Source of the DNA: Terriglobia bacterium
Lineage (GTDB): Bacteria; Acidobacteriota; Polarisedimenticolia; Polarisedimenticolales; JAIQFR01
Length of the DNA: 64,000 nt
Reading direction: 5' to 3'
Assembly: GCA_963748015.1 (NCBI GenBank)
Contig: CAVVHE010000004.1
Location: forward strand, 384,001-448,000
Part shown: in pieces, positions 28,442-37,993 of the stretch
Layout of the letters: each line of letters starts with the position of its first letter
Position numbering within the stretch: the first letter of the stretch is position 1
Made by a program: the position numbers and the translations under genes
The notes under the pieces: generated by a model
What the model was told of the DNA's origin: nothing
What the model saw: only the letters and a program-made list of their open reading frames with translations
Database searches by the model: none

Positions 28442-29507
28442 CCTCGACTTCCCGACGATGCTGATCGCGCTGTCGCTCGGGGGCCTCGGCGTCGTCGCGA
28501 TTGCCTCGGCCACGCTGGGGCAGCCGGGCCGTCTCGGACTCTGGCGGGTCCAGCTGCTCTGGCTCGCGATCGGGCTCGTCGCGGCGCTGATCGTGGTCGG
28601 GATCGACTATCACGTCTGGGCGGAGTTCTCCCTGGTTCTCCACGGCGTGGTCGCCGTGTTCCTGGTGGCCGTGCTCTTCGTAGGACGCGAGGTGGCGGGG
28701 AACCGCTCCTGGCTCGTGATCGGCCCGCTGACCTTCCAGCCGTCCGAGCTCGCCAAGTGGACGACCTGTCTCGTTCTCGCCGCGTACCTCTCGGAACGGG
28801 TTCACGGGAGCATGGGATTGCGCCAGATCCTGGAGATGGGCGCGATCGTGGGGATTCCCGTGGGCCTCGTGGCCGCGCAGCCCGACACGGGCACGGCGCT
28901 GACGTTCATCCCGATCTACCTCGCCGCGCTGTTGCTCGGCGGCTTGAGGTGGAAGGTGATCATCGGCGTGCTGCTGCTAGCCGCGCTGCTGGCGCCGATG
29001 GGGTGGGGCCACCTCAAGGAGTACCAGAAGGATCGCATCCGCAACGTGCTGGATCCCGAGCGCGATCCTTCCGGCATCGGGTACCAGACGCGGCAATCCA
29101 AGATCGCGATCGGATCGGGCAGGTTCCCGGGGAAGGGGCTGTTCCGGGGAACCCAGAGCCACCTCAACTTCCTCCCGGCGCAGCACACCGACTTCATCCT
29201 GGCGGTCGTCTCCGAGGAGCTCGGGTTCGCCGGCGCGGCCGCGGTCCTCGTCCTGTTCTACTCCCTCGTCTTCCGCGGGATCCTCGCGGCCCGCTCGGCG
29301 CAGGACCGCCTCGGGAGCTATCTCAGCCTCCTCGTCGTGTCGTGGATCGTGGGACAGATGGCGATCAACGTCGGAATGGTCCTGGGGCTGCTTCCCACGA
29401 TCGGCGTTCCGCTTCCACTGATGTCCTACGGCGGAACTGCGCTCGTCGCGGTTCTCGCGGGCGTGGGGCTGATCGTCAACGTGAGAACGCGACGCTTCGT
29501 GAACTGA
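28416..29507 (+). CDS. rodA: SEDS peptidoglycan polymerase RodA
   Basis: FQPSELAK, QPDTGT, YQKDRI, GYQTRQSKIAIGSG, HTDFI, EELGF, PLMSYGG. Confidence 0.96.
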   Translation: MIPRRFLDSLDFPTMLIALSLGGLGVVAIASATLGQPGRLGLWRVQLLWLAIGLVAALIVVGIDYHVWAEFSLVLHGVVAVFLVAVLFVGREVAGNRSWLVIGPLTFQPSELAKWTTCLVLAAYLSERVHGSMGLRQILEMGAIVGIPVGLVAAQPDTGTALTFIPIYLAALLLGGLRWKVIIGVLLLAALLAPMGWGHLKEYQKDRIRNVLDPERDPSGIGYQTRQSKIAIGSGRFPGKGLFRGTQSHLNFLPAQHTDFILAVVSEELGFAGAAAVLVLFYSLVFRGILAARSAQDRLGSYLSLLVVSWIVGQMAINVGMVLGLLPTIGVPLPLMSYGGTALVAVLAGVGLIVNVRTRRFVN

Positions 29508-29563
29508 GCCGCCCTCCCCGATCTGTTACCATTGCTTCCGGAAGGGAACTCGCGGAGCACCCG

Positions 29564-32266
29564 ATGGAAGATCATTCCCGCCGGAGGCGCGACGACGACG
29601 CGCTGCGCCGGCGAATACTGGCCGGGGTCCAGCGCCCCTCTCGGTACATCGGGGGGGAGTGGAACTCCCTCGTCAAGGACCACAGCGCGGTCGAGTTGAC
29701 CTTCGGGCTCGCCTTCCCCGACGTGTACGAGATCGGGATGTCCCACCTCGGGTTCCGGATCCTGTACTCGCTGCTGAACGCGCGCGAGGACACGGCGGCC
29801 GAGCGAGTGTTCTGTCCGTGGCCCGACATGGCCGAATCGCTGCGCCGCCACCGGCTTCCGCTCGCGACGCTCGAGACCGGAACGCCGCTGAGCGATCTGA
29901 CGGTCGTCGGCTTCTCGCTCCAGTACGAGATGACCTACACCAACGTGCTGGAGATGCTCGATCTCGGCGGCATCCCGAAGCGCGCCGCCGACCGGGGCGA
30001 GGGCGACCCGCTCGTGATCGCCGGCGGCCCGGTCGCGTTCAACTGCGAGCCGCTCGCCGATTTCCTGGACCTCGTGCTGGTCGGCGACGCCGAGGAGGCG
30101 CTGCCCGAGCTCCTCGACCGGCTGCGGGAGCTGATCCGGCTCCGCGCCACCCGGGAGGAGCGGATCCGCGAGCTCTCGCGCCTCGAGGGGATCTACGCTC
30201 CGGCGTTGTACCCGCTCGAGACCGAGCCCGGCAGCGGCCTCGTCGTTCCCGTGGACGGCGGACAGGCGCCTTGGCCCGTGCGTCGCCGCATCGTGCTCGA
30301 CCTCGATCGCTTCCCGTTCCCGGACCGGATCGTGGTCCCGCACGGGGAGATCGTGCACGATCGCGTTTCCGTGGAGCTGATGCGGGGTTGCCCCGTCGGC
30401 TGCCGGTTCTGCCAGGCGGGGTACGTCTACCGTCCGACCCGCGAGCGGGATCCCAACCAGGTGCGCGACACGGTGATCCGCTCGATCCGGGCCACGGGGT
30501 ACGACGAGTTCTCGCTCGCCTCCCTCAACACCGGCGAGTACGGCGCGGTGCGTCCGCTCCTTCTCGACCTCATGGGCCGTTTCGAGCCGGAATCGGTGTC
30601 GGTCTCCCTCTCGTCGCTGCACGCCTCCACGATGACGCGCGAGCTGGCCGAGCAGGTCCGTCGCGTCCGGAAGTCGGGTTTCACCATCGCCCCCGAAGCG
30701 GGGACGCAGCGCCTGCGGGACGTCGTGAACAAGAACCTGACCGAGGATCAGATCCTTGAGGCGTGCCGGCTCGCGTTCGAGGCCGGATGGGACGCGATCA
30801 AGCTCTACTTCATGATCGGTCTCCCCACCGAGACGGATGCCGACGTGGACGGCATCGCGGATCTCTCGCACAAGATCCTCGAGACCGCGCGAAGGGCCGC
30901 CGGGAAACGCCGCACCGAGATCACCGTTTCGGCGTCGTCGTTCGTACCCAAGGCGTTCACGCCGTTCCAGTGGATGGGCATGGACCGGCTCGACAGCCTG
31001 CTGCGCAAGCAGGAGCGGATCGCGGCCAGGTTTCGCCGCGGGATCCGGTTCAAGCGGCACGGGGGAGAGACGAGCTTCCTCGAAGGCGTGTTCTCGAGGG
31101 GCGACCGCGCTCTCGGCCGGGTCCTCGAGAGAGCCTGGCGGGAGGGAGCGCGCTTCGACGGATGGGCCGAGCACTTCCGCTTCCCGGTGTGGCGGGAGGC
31201 GTTCCTCGCGGAAGGGATCGATCCCGAGCGTTACGCGCACGCGAGTTGGGATCCTGCCTGGCGACTGCCGTGGGACGTCACGGACTCGGGGGTGGACAAG
31301 GATTGGCTCGCCCGCGACCTTCGGCGCGCGCTCGCCGGGGAGACCCTCGACCCCTGCGGGCCGAAGGCGTGCCGGGCGTGCGGGGACTTCGCGCGCGAGT
31401 GCATCTCGGGGATCGTCGCCACGGGAACCGGGCGAGACCTCGACGGGTCGCTCCCGCTGCTAGGAACGCCCGCCGCGGCCGGCCCGTCAGCCGCCGCTCG
31501 CGCCGCGGGGGAGCCTCCCCTCGCGCCCGCCGCGAACGGCAGCGAGGCGGAGGATGCCGAGGAGGCGCCGCGGTACCGCTACCGCGCCCGGTTCTCGAAG
31601 ATCGGGAGCCTCCGATTCCTGGGCCATCTCGACCTGACCCGCGCGATCCTGCGGGGAATGCGCAGGGCCCGCTTGCCGCTCGTCTACTCCAAGGGGTTCA
31701 ACCCCAAGCCTCGCGTGTCGTTCGGTCCCGCGCTGCCCGTCGGCATCTCGTCCGAGGGGGAGTACCTCGATCTCGAGACGCATGCCCGTCTCGACGCCGA
31801 AGACGCGATCGCGCGGCTCAACGCGTCGCTCCCCGCAGGGATCCGGTTCGGCGCCCTGCGCGAGATCCGCCGCGACGTGCCGGCCATCGGCGAGACGATC
31901 CGAGCGGCGCGCTACCTCGTGATCCTGGCGAACGGGCTCGACGCGGGGCAATCCCTCGAGTCCTTCCGGCGTCGCGGCAAGGTCACGGTCCGGCGGGAGC
32001 GGAAGGGGAGCCTCAAGTCCTGGGAGCTCGACGAGGAGATTCTCGGCCTCGAGTGCCTTGGAGACGACCGGGTCCGGCTCACGCTCGCCCTCGGCGGCAA
32101 CGAGGCCTCGATCCGTCCCGACGACGTGCTCGCAGAGATCTTCGGCGAGCACGCACCCGGTCTCGACGTGACGCGCGAGGAGTTGCTCTTGGACTGGGGC
32201 GGCCGGTTCCTCAATCCGCTTCTGGCGGCGACGGTGGCTTCCGATGTCGAGCGAGCTCCTCGTTAG
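29564..32266 (+). CDS. B12-binding radical SAM protein (TIGR03960-like) fused to radical-SAM-associated DUF2344/TIGR03936-like domain
   Basis: PSRYIGGE, FPDVYEIGMSHLG, RGCPVGCRFC (CxxxCxxC), TIAPEAG, KLYFMIGLP; C-terminal RFLGHLD...YSKGFNPKP...ALPVG...SEGEY. Confidence 0.9.
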   Translation: MEDHSRRRRDDDALRRRILAGVQRPSRYIGGEWNSLVKDHSAVELTFGLAFPDVYEIGMSHLGFRILYSLLNAREDTAAERVFCPWPDMAESLRRHRLPLATLETGTPLSDLTVVGFSLQYEMTYTNVLEMLDLGGIPKRAADRGEGDPLVIAGGPVAFNCEPLADFLDLVLVGDAEEALPELLDRLRELIRLRATREERIRELSRLEGIYAPALYPLETEPGSGLVVPVDGGQAPWPVRRRIVLDLDRFPFPDRIVVPHGEIVHDRVSVELMRGCPVGCRFCQAGYVYRPTRERDPNQVRDTVIRSIRATGYDEFSLASLNTGEYGAVRPLLLDLMGRFEPESVSVSLSSLHASTMTRELAEQVRRVRKSGFTIAPEAGTQRLRDVVNKNLTEDQILEACRLAFEAGWDAIKLYFMIGLPTETDADVDGIADLSHKILETARRAAGKRRTEITVSASSFVPKAFTPFQWMGMDRLDSLLRKQERIAARFRRGIRFKRHGGETSFLEGVFSRGDRALGRVLERAWREGARFDGWAEHFRFPVWREAFLAEGIDPERYAHASWDPAWRLPWDVTDSGVDKDWLARDLRRALAGETLDPCGPKACRACGDFARECISGIVATGTGRDLDGSLPLLGTPAAAGPSAAARAAGEPPLAPAANGSEAEDAEEAPRYRYRARFSKIGSLRFLGHLDLTRAILRGMRRARLPLVYSKGFNPKPRVSFGPALPVGISSEGEYLDLETHARLDAEDAIARLNASLPAGIRFGALREIRRDVPAIGETIRAARYLVILANGLDAGQSLESFRRRGKVTVRRERKGSLKSWELDEEILGLECLGDDRVRLTLALGGNEASIRPDDVLAEIFGEHAPGLDVTREELLLDWGGRFLNPLLAATVASDVERAPR

Positions 32267-33797
32267 CCGGCTCGGCGGGATGACCTGGGCGGCGCTCCGC
32301 GAGGACGGCGCCACCGTCGAGCTGCGCGTGGAGCGGGAGGGGGATCGCGGCGCGGTGGGGCGCATCGTCAAGGGGCGCGTGACGCGGGTCCTTCCGGGGA
32401 TCCAGTCGGCGTTTCTCGACGTCGGCTCCGGGCGGGACGCTTTCCTGCACGTGGGCGACCTGGTGCTCCCCGGCGAGCGCCCGCCCGAGCCCGCCCCCGG
32501 CGTCGATCTCGAGCTCGCCCCCGCCGCGGACGACGAGGGCGAGGACGGAGAGGTTCTCGATCGTGTCGCCTCCCATCCGAGGTCCGTCGCGAGGGGAGGA
32601 CCGATCGAGGACCGCTTGAAGCAGGGACGCGAGATTCTCGTTCAGGTCGCGAGGGAGGGGATCGGGACGAAGGGCGCCCGGGTCACCTGCTTCATCGCGC
32701 TTCCCGGGAGATTTCTCGTCTACATGCCCCAGCTCGCCTTTCGCGGCATCTCGAGGAAGATCACCGATCCGGAAGAGCGCTCGCGCCTTCGGGCGGTCCT
32801 CGAAGCGCTGCCGCCGCTGCCGGGCGGTTTCATCGTGCGCACCGCGGGTGAAGCCGCCGACGGGTCGGCGTTCCGGGCGGATGCGGAGATGCTGCGAGCC
32901 GAGTGGGAGGCGATCGAGGCGCGCGCCGCCAGGAGCCCGGCGCCCGCGGTCGTGCACACCGAGCTCGATCTTCTCCTCAGGCTGCTTCGCGACGCGCCGC
33001 GCGAGGGACTCGACCGCATCGTGCTGGACGACCCGGACCATCACGATCGCGCGATCGCCTACCTGTCCGCCTTGGCGCCCGCGCTGGCGGCCCGCGTGCG
33101 TCTCCACTCGGGCCCGGCGCCCCTGCTCGAGACCCACGGGATCGACCAGGAGATCGAGAAGGCTCTCCGGCCGAAGGTTTGGCTCAAGTCGGGCGGGTAC
33201 CTCGTCATCCAGCAGACCGAAGCGCTGGTCAGCATCGACGTCAACACCGGCAAGTTCGTCGGCGCGACGCGCCCCGAGGAGACCGTGCTCCGCACGAATC
33301 TCGAGGCCGCGGCGGAGATCGGACGGCAGCTCAGGCTCCGGGACCTCGGCGGGATCATCGTCGTGGACTTCATCGACATGGATTCCCCGGACAACAGGAA
33401 GCAGGTCCTCGCGGCGCTGGAAGAGGCGCTTCGCCGCGATCGTGCCCGGACGAAGGTCGTCGGGATCAGCGAGCTCGGTCTGGTGCAGCTCACCCGCAAG
33501 CGGACGCGCCCGGGGGTGGGTGCCTCGCTGACGCGCTCCTGCCCGCTTTGCGGGGGCCACGGGCGGGTGAAGGCTGCCGAGACCGTCGCCCGGGAGGCCC
33601 TCTCCGAGGTATTGAGGCTGGCGCCGGGACTCGAGGAGCAGGCGGTGATCGTGCGCATCCATCCCGACGTCGCGTCGGTGCTGAGGCTCGCGCTCGAGAC
33701 GGCCGGCCCCCTGATCGAGCCGTCGCTCGCGGTGCGTATCCGCGTCGAGGAGGATCCGTCCGTCCGCCCCGATCGCTTCGACGTTCTCGCCGTCTAG
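32244..33797 (+). CDS. Ribonuclease G/E family
   Basis: S1 domain (GRVTRVLPGIQSAFLDVG), QTEALVSIDVNTGK, RLRDLGGIIVVDFIDM, CPLCGG. Confidence 0.94.
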   Translation: MSSELLVSRLGGMTWAALREDGATVELRVEREGDRGAVGRIVKGRVTRVLPGIQSAFLDVGSGRDAFLHVGDLVLPGERPPEPAPGVDLELAPAADDEGEDGEVLDRVASHPRSVARGGPIEDRLKQGREILVQVAREGIGTKGARVTCFIALPGRFLVYMPQLAFRGISRKITDPEERSRLRAVLEALPPLPGGFIVRTAGEAADGSAFRADAEMLRAEWEAIEARAARSPAPAVVHTELDLLLRLLRDAPREGLDRIVLDDPDHHDRAIAYLSALAPALAARVRLHSGPAPLLETHGIDQEIEKALRPKVWLKSGGYLVIQQTEALVSIDVNTGKFVGATRPEETVLRTNLEAAAEIGRQLRLRDLGGIIVVDFIDMDSPDNRKQVLAALEEALRRDRARTKVVGISELGLVQLTRKRTRPGVGASLTRSCPLCGGHGRVKAAETVAREALSEVLRLAPGLEEQAVIVRIHPDVASVLRLALETAGPLIEPSLAVRIRVEEDPSVRPDRFDVLAV

Positions 33798-33813
33798 GGG
33801 CTAGGGAGTCCGC

Positions 33814-35550
33814 ATGAGTCGAAGGAGTCGCTGGTTCCTGGTGCTCGGGGGGTTCTTCGTCCTCTTCGTCGTGGTCGGGGCGCTCCTCGTCCTCTCCGTG
33901 GCCGGGGGCCCGTCCATTCCGCGTCGCTCCGTCCTCTGGGTGTCGCTCGGCGGGGAGATTCCCGAAACGGACCGGCGCTCGCCGATCGAGCGCCTCCTCC
34001 TCCGGCGGGTGCCGACGGTGATCGAGCGCCTGGGGGTTCTCGAGGCCGCCGCGGCGGACCGCAGGATCGCGGCGGCGGTGGTCGAGCTGAAGGGGTTCGG
34101 CGGGGGATGGGCGAAGGCGGACGAGATCCGGGAAGCGCTGGTCGCCTTCCGGAAGAGCGGCAAGCCGCTCGTCGCCTTCCTGGAGTCCGGCGAGACCAAG
34201 GACTACCTCGTCGCCACCGCGGGGGAGCGGATCGTCATGCCGCCGAGCGGCGTGCTGCTCGTGAACGGGCTCCTGGCCGATGTGCCGTTCTACAAGGGGA
34301 CCCTGGACAAGCTGGGTGTCCATGCGGATCTCGAGCACATCGGAGCCTACAAGGGCGCGTCCGAGACCTACACGCGGGACAGCATGTCCGACGCGGGGCG
34401 AGAGGCCATGAGCCTGGTCCTGGACGGCCTGTACGGCCGGCTGGTGTCGGTGGTGGCGGGCGCTCGCTCCCTTCCCCGCGACCGAGTGACGCAGGCCTTC
34501 GACGAGGGGTTCCTCACGGCCGCCCGCGGGAAGGAGCTCGGTCTCGTGGACGACCTGCTCTATCGCGATCAGCTCGAGGACGAGCTGGCGGAGAAGGCCG
34601 GAGGCGAGTTGCGCACGGTGACGGAGTCCACGTATCTCGCGACGCTCGGGGGCAAGGCGGGGGGCCCTCGCCTCGCGGTGATCCACATCGACGGCGTCAT
34701 CGCTTCCGGCCGGTCGGCCACCGATGCCCTGGGCAACGCCTCCACCGGCTCGGAGACGGTCGCGCGGGCGCTGCGCTCGGCGCGCGAGGACGACGGAATC
34801 CGGGCGCTGATCCTGCGAGTGGACTCGCCCGGGGGGAGCGGTCTGGCCTCCGACGTGATTTGGCGGGAGGTCGAGCTGACGCGGAAGGCGAAGCCGGTCG
34901 TCGTGTCCATGTCCGATCTGGCGGCCAGCGGCGGATACTACGTCGCCATGGGCGCGGACGCAATCGTCGCCGGGGAGAACACCCTCACCGGCTCCATCGG
35001 GGTGATCAGCGGGAAATTCTCCCTGCGCGGTCTCTACGACTGGATCGGTCTCAAGCGGGAGCAGATCAAGCGGGGGGAGAACGCGGACATCTTCACCGAC
35101 TACCGCCCGTTCACCGAGGGGCAGCGCGCGATCCTGGTGCGCCAGATGGAGTCGTTCTACGCGGATTTCGTCCACAAGGCGGCGAGCGGCCGGAAGAAGT
35201 CGGACGCCGAGATCGACGCGATCGGACAGGGGAGGGTCTGGACCGGCGGGCAGGCCCGGGAGAGAGGGCTCGTGGACGAGACCGGAGGGTTCGCGAGGGC
35301 CCTCGAGATCGCGAAGAAGAAAGCGGGCATCCCCGCCGGACGATCCGTTACCCTCGTGGAGCTGCCGGCGGCGCGGGGGCTGTTCGAGTCGCTGACCTCC
35401 CAGGACGGCGACGAGGCGCTCGGCCGGGGAGTCGTGCGGGCGCTCCTGCCCGCGCCCCTCCGCAAGGCGGCGTCCGATCTCGGCGTCGTGGATCGCGTCG
35501 CCGGGGAGTTCTACCTGTACCTCGATCCGCGCCTCCTCGGCTCACGCTGA
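33814..35550 (+). CDS. sppA: Signal peptide peptidase SppA (long form)
   Basis: GAYKGA, LRVDSPGGS, AASGGYY, TGSIGV, GRVWTG. Confidence 0.95.
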   Translation: MSRRSRWFLVLGGFFVLFVVVGALLVLSVAGGPSIPRRSVLWVSLGGEIPETDRRSPIERLLLRRVPTVIERLGVLEAAAADRRIAAAVVELKGFGGGWAKADEIREALVAFRKSGKPLVAFLESGETKDYLVATAGERIVMPPSGVLLVNGLLADVPFYKGTLDKLGVHADLEHIGAYKGASETYTRDSMSDAGREAMSLVLDGLYGRLVSVVAGARSLPRDRVTQAFDEGFLTAARGKELGLVDDLLYRDQLEDELAEKAGGELRTVTESTYLATLGGKAGGPRLAVIHIDGVIASGRSATDALGNASTGSETVARALRSAREDDGIRALILRVDSPGGSGLASDVIWREVELTRKAKPVVVSMSDLAASGGYYVAMGADAIVAGENTLTGSIGVISGKFSLRGLYDWIGLKREQIKRGENADIFTDYRPFTEGQRAILVRQMESFYADFVHKAASGRKKSDAEIDAIGQGRVWTGGQARERGLVDETGGFARALEIAKKKAGIPAGRSVTLVELPAARGLFESLTSQDGDEALGRGVVRALLPAPLRKAASDLGVVDRVAGEFYLYLDPRLLGSR

Positions 35551-35567
35551 CCGGCGGCCGCGGCGAG

Positions 35568-35625
35568 CCAAGGAGCTTCTCCGAGTAATCGCGCGGCCCA
35601 CGGGATTACTCGGACCGGCTCCAGG
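35568..35625. repeat. REP-like palindromic repeat, copy 3
   Basis: CCAAGGAGCTTCTCCGAGTAATCGCGCGGCCCACGGGATTACTCGGACCGGCTCCAGG, after the sppA stop. Confidence 0.85.
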
Positions 35626-35651
35626 GGCGCGGCTCCGGAGGAGCGCCGACT

Positions 35652-35702
35652 TTGACAGGGAGGGGATGGTCGCGTAACTTGCTTACCTGAGAATAGTTCG
35701 CA
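35652..35702 (+). promoter_or_regulatory. feoB sigma70 promoter with adjacent Fur-box-like operator
   Basis: TTGACA(35652)-17 bp-TAACTT(35675); imperfect 7-1-7 palindrome TGAGAAT-A-GTTCGCA at 35688-35702. Confidence 0.6.
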
Positions 35703-35717
35703 ACTAGAGGGATCGCC

Positions 35718-37718
35718 GTGCACGAGGCCCCGGGGACGTTGCTCGCCGAAGCGCGCGCGGGAGAGAGGGCCCGCGGCGGGATCGTGCTCGTGGGCAATCC
35801 CAACGTCGGCAAGAGCGCGCTGTTCGGCGCGCTGACCGGGCGTTACGTCACGGTATCCAACTATCCCGGCACGACCGTGGAGATCGCGTCGGGCGCGATC
35901 AAGCTCGGCGGCGAGAGGGTCGAGCTCCGCGATACGCCGGGGACCAACTCGTTCATCCCGTCGTCGGAGGATGAGAAGGTCACCCGCGACATCCTCCTGG
36001 CCGCCCGGCCGCGGGCCGTGGTGGTGGTGGGGGACGCCAAGAACCTCGACAGGACGATCCTCCTGGCCCTCCAGCTGTGCGAGATGTCCGTTCCCGCCGT
36101 GCTCTGCCTCAACATGATGGACGAGGCGCAGGCCCGCGGCATCGCGATCGACGCGGCGCGCCTCGAGGAGAAGCTCGGACTCGACGCCGTGGGGACCGTC
36201 GCCACGCGGCGGCAGGGGATCCCGGCCCTCGTCGACGCGATCGGGCGGGCAAGGACCGGACACGCCGCGGTCGAGTACCCGGAGCCGCTGCGCGCGGCAG
36301 CCGCGTTGCTCGCACCGCTCATGCCCGAGGCTCCGATCTCCGGGCGCGCCCTCGCGCTGATGGTCCTGGCGGGGGACGAGACGCTGGCCGGCTGGCTGCG
36401 GGAGCGCGTCCCTTCCGAGACCCTGTCGTGCATCGAGACCATTCGCCAGCGCGCGCGCCGCGCTTTCCGCGAGCCTTTGAGCTACGTGATCAACCAGGCG
36501 AGGATGCGCGCCGCCTGGAAGATCGCCTCCGAGGTCTCGCGGCGCACGACGGAGGGGAAACGCTCCGGCGCGCTCGCGGCAGCACGCCTCGACCGGCTCA
36601 CCATCCACCCCGTCTGGGGCATACCCTTCCTTCTGGCCGCGCTGTACGCGGCCTACCTGTTCGTCGGCAAGCTCGGGGCCGGGACGCTGGTGGGTCTCCT
36701 CGAGACCGTCGTCTTCGGGCGCTTCATCAACCCCTGGGTGACGGCGCTCGTGGACCGGACGATCCCGTGGGCGATGCTGAGGGACCTGATCGTGGGTCCC
36801 TACGGCATCGTGACCATGGCGCTCACCTACGCGCTGGCCCTCATCCTGCCGATCGTCGGGACCTTCTTCATCGCCTTCGGAGTCCTCGAGGATTCCGGCT
36901 ACCTGCCGAGGCTCGCGGTGATGGTCAACCGCGTGTTCAGGAAGATGGGGCTCAACGGCAAGGCGGTGCTCCCGATGATGCTCGGACTCGGGTGCGACAC
37001 GATGGCGACGCTGACCACCCGGATCCTGGAGACCCGCAAGGAGCGCCTCATCGTGATCCTGCTCCTCGCCCTCGGGGTCCCTTGCTCGGCGCAGCTGACC
37101 GTGGTGCTCATGATGCTCGGCTCGCTGTCGTTCGCGGCGACGGCGATCTGGCTCGGGATCGTGCTGGGCGTGATTCTCGTGGTCGGGGCCGCCGCCGCCC
37201 GCGTCCTGCCGGGTCGCGGGAGCGATTTCGTCCTCGAGCTCCCCCCGCTCCGGGTGCCCCGGCCGGGGAACATCCTCGTGAAGACCCTCGCGCGGATCGA
37301 GTGGTACCTCAAGGAGGCGGTCCCGCTGTTCGTCGTCGGGACGCTGATCCTCTTCGTCGCCGATCGCCTGAAGCTGCTCGGGGGCGTCGAGCGCGCGGCC
37401 GAGCCGGTGCTCGCGGGTGTCCTCGGGCTGCCGAAGGAGACGGCCGCGGCGTTCGTGATCGGCTTCCTTCGCCGGGACTTCGGCGCCGCCGGCCTCTACC
37501 ACATGGCCCAGGACGGGCGGCTCACCCCCGAGCAGGTCCTCGTGGCGGTCGTGACGATCACGCTGTTCATCCCGTGCATCGCGAACTTCTTCATGATCGT
37601 CAAGGAGCGCGGCTGGAAGACGGGCCTCGCCATCGCCGCGTTCGTCTTCCCGTTCGCACTCGCGGTCGGAGGAGCGCTCCACTGGTTCCTCCGCGCCGTC
37701 CCGATCCCGCTTCGATGA
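35718..37718 (+). CDS. feoB: Ferrous iron transporter B
   Basis: GNPNVGKS, SNYPGTTV, DTPG, NMMD, LEDSGYLPR, GLGC, PCSA, FVLELP, FIPC. Confidence 0.96.
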   Translation: MHEAPGTLLAEARAGERARGGIVLVGNPNVGKSALFGALTGRYVTVSNYPGTTVEIASGAIKLGGERVELRDTPGTNSFIPSSEDEKVTRDILLAARPRAVVVVGDAKNLDRTILLALQLCEMSVPAVLCLNMMDEAQARGIAIDAARLEEKLGLDAVGTVATRRQGIPALVDAIGRARTGHAAVEYPEPLRAAAALLAPLMPEAPISGRALALMVLAGDETLAGWLRERVPSETLSCIETIRQRARRAFREPLSYVINQARMRAAWKIASEVSRRTTEGKRSGALAAARLDRLTIHPVWGIPFLLAALYAAYLFVGKLGAGTLVGLLETVVFGRFINPWVTALVDRTIPWAMLRDLIVGPYGIVTMALTYALALILPIVGTFFIAFGVLEDSGYLPRLAVMVNRVFRKMGLNGKAVLPMMLGLGCDTMATLTTRILETRKERLIVILLLALGVPCSAQLTVVLMMLGSLSFAATAIWLGIVLGVILVVGAAAARVLPGRGSDFVLELPPLRVPRPGNILVKTLARIEWYLKEAVPLFVVGTLILFVADRLKLLGGVERAAEPVLAGVLGLPKETAAAFVIGFLRRDFGAAGLYHMAQDGRLTPEQVLVAVVTITLFIPCIANFFMIVKERGWKTGLAIAAFVFPFALAVGGALHWFLRAVPIPLR

Positions 37719-37993
37719 GCCGCGACGACGGACCCGCGCGGCCGCGGAGCGAGGATCCCCTCGCGGTCCCCTTCGTTCCTGTCGCCCCGCAGGGGAGCGA
37801 CGCCACGGTCTTCGCGTGCCCTCTCTGCGGCAACCGATTCACCCACGGCGGCCTGGTCTGCGGCTCCTGCCCGCTGAACATGGGATGTGAGATCATCCGG
37901 TGCACCAACTGCGGGTACCAGTTTCCTCGTTCGTCGAGAATCCTCGACTGGGCGCGCCGTGTCTTCCGGCGCGCGAGGGGCAGGAAGCCATGA
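37715..37993 (+). CDS. Small Cys-rich protein (FeoC-like / zinc-ribbon candidate)
   Basis: 92 aa with CPLC...CGSCPLNMGC...CTNC; ATGA overlaps with both neighbours. Confidence 0.75.
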   Translation: MSRDDGPARPRSEDPLAVPFVPVAPQGSDATVFACPLCGNRFTHGGLVCGSCPLNMGCEIIRCTNCGYQFPRSSRILDWARRVFRRARGRKP

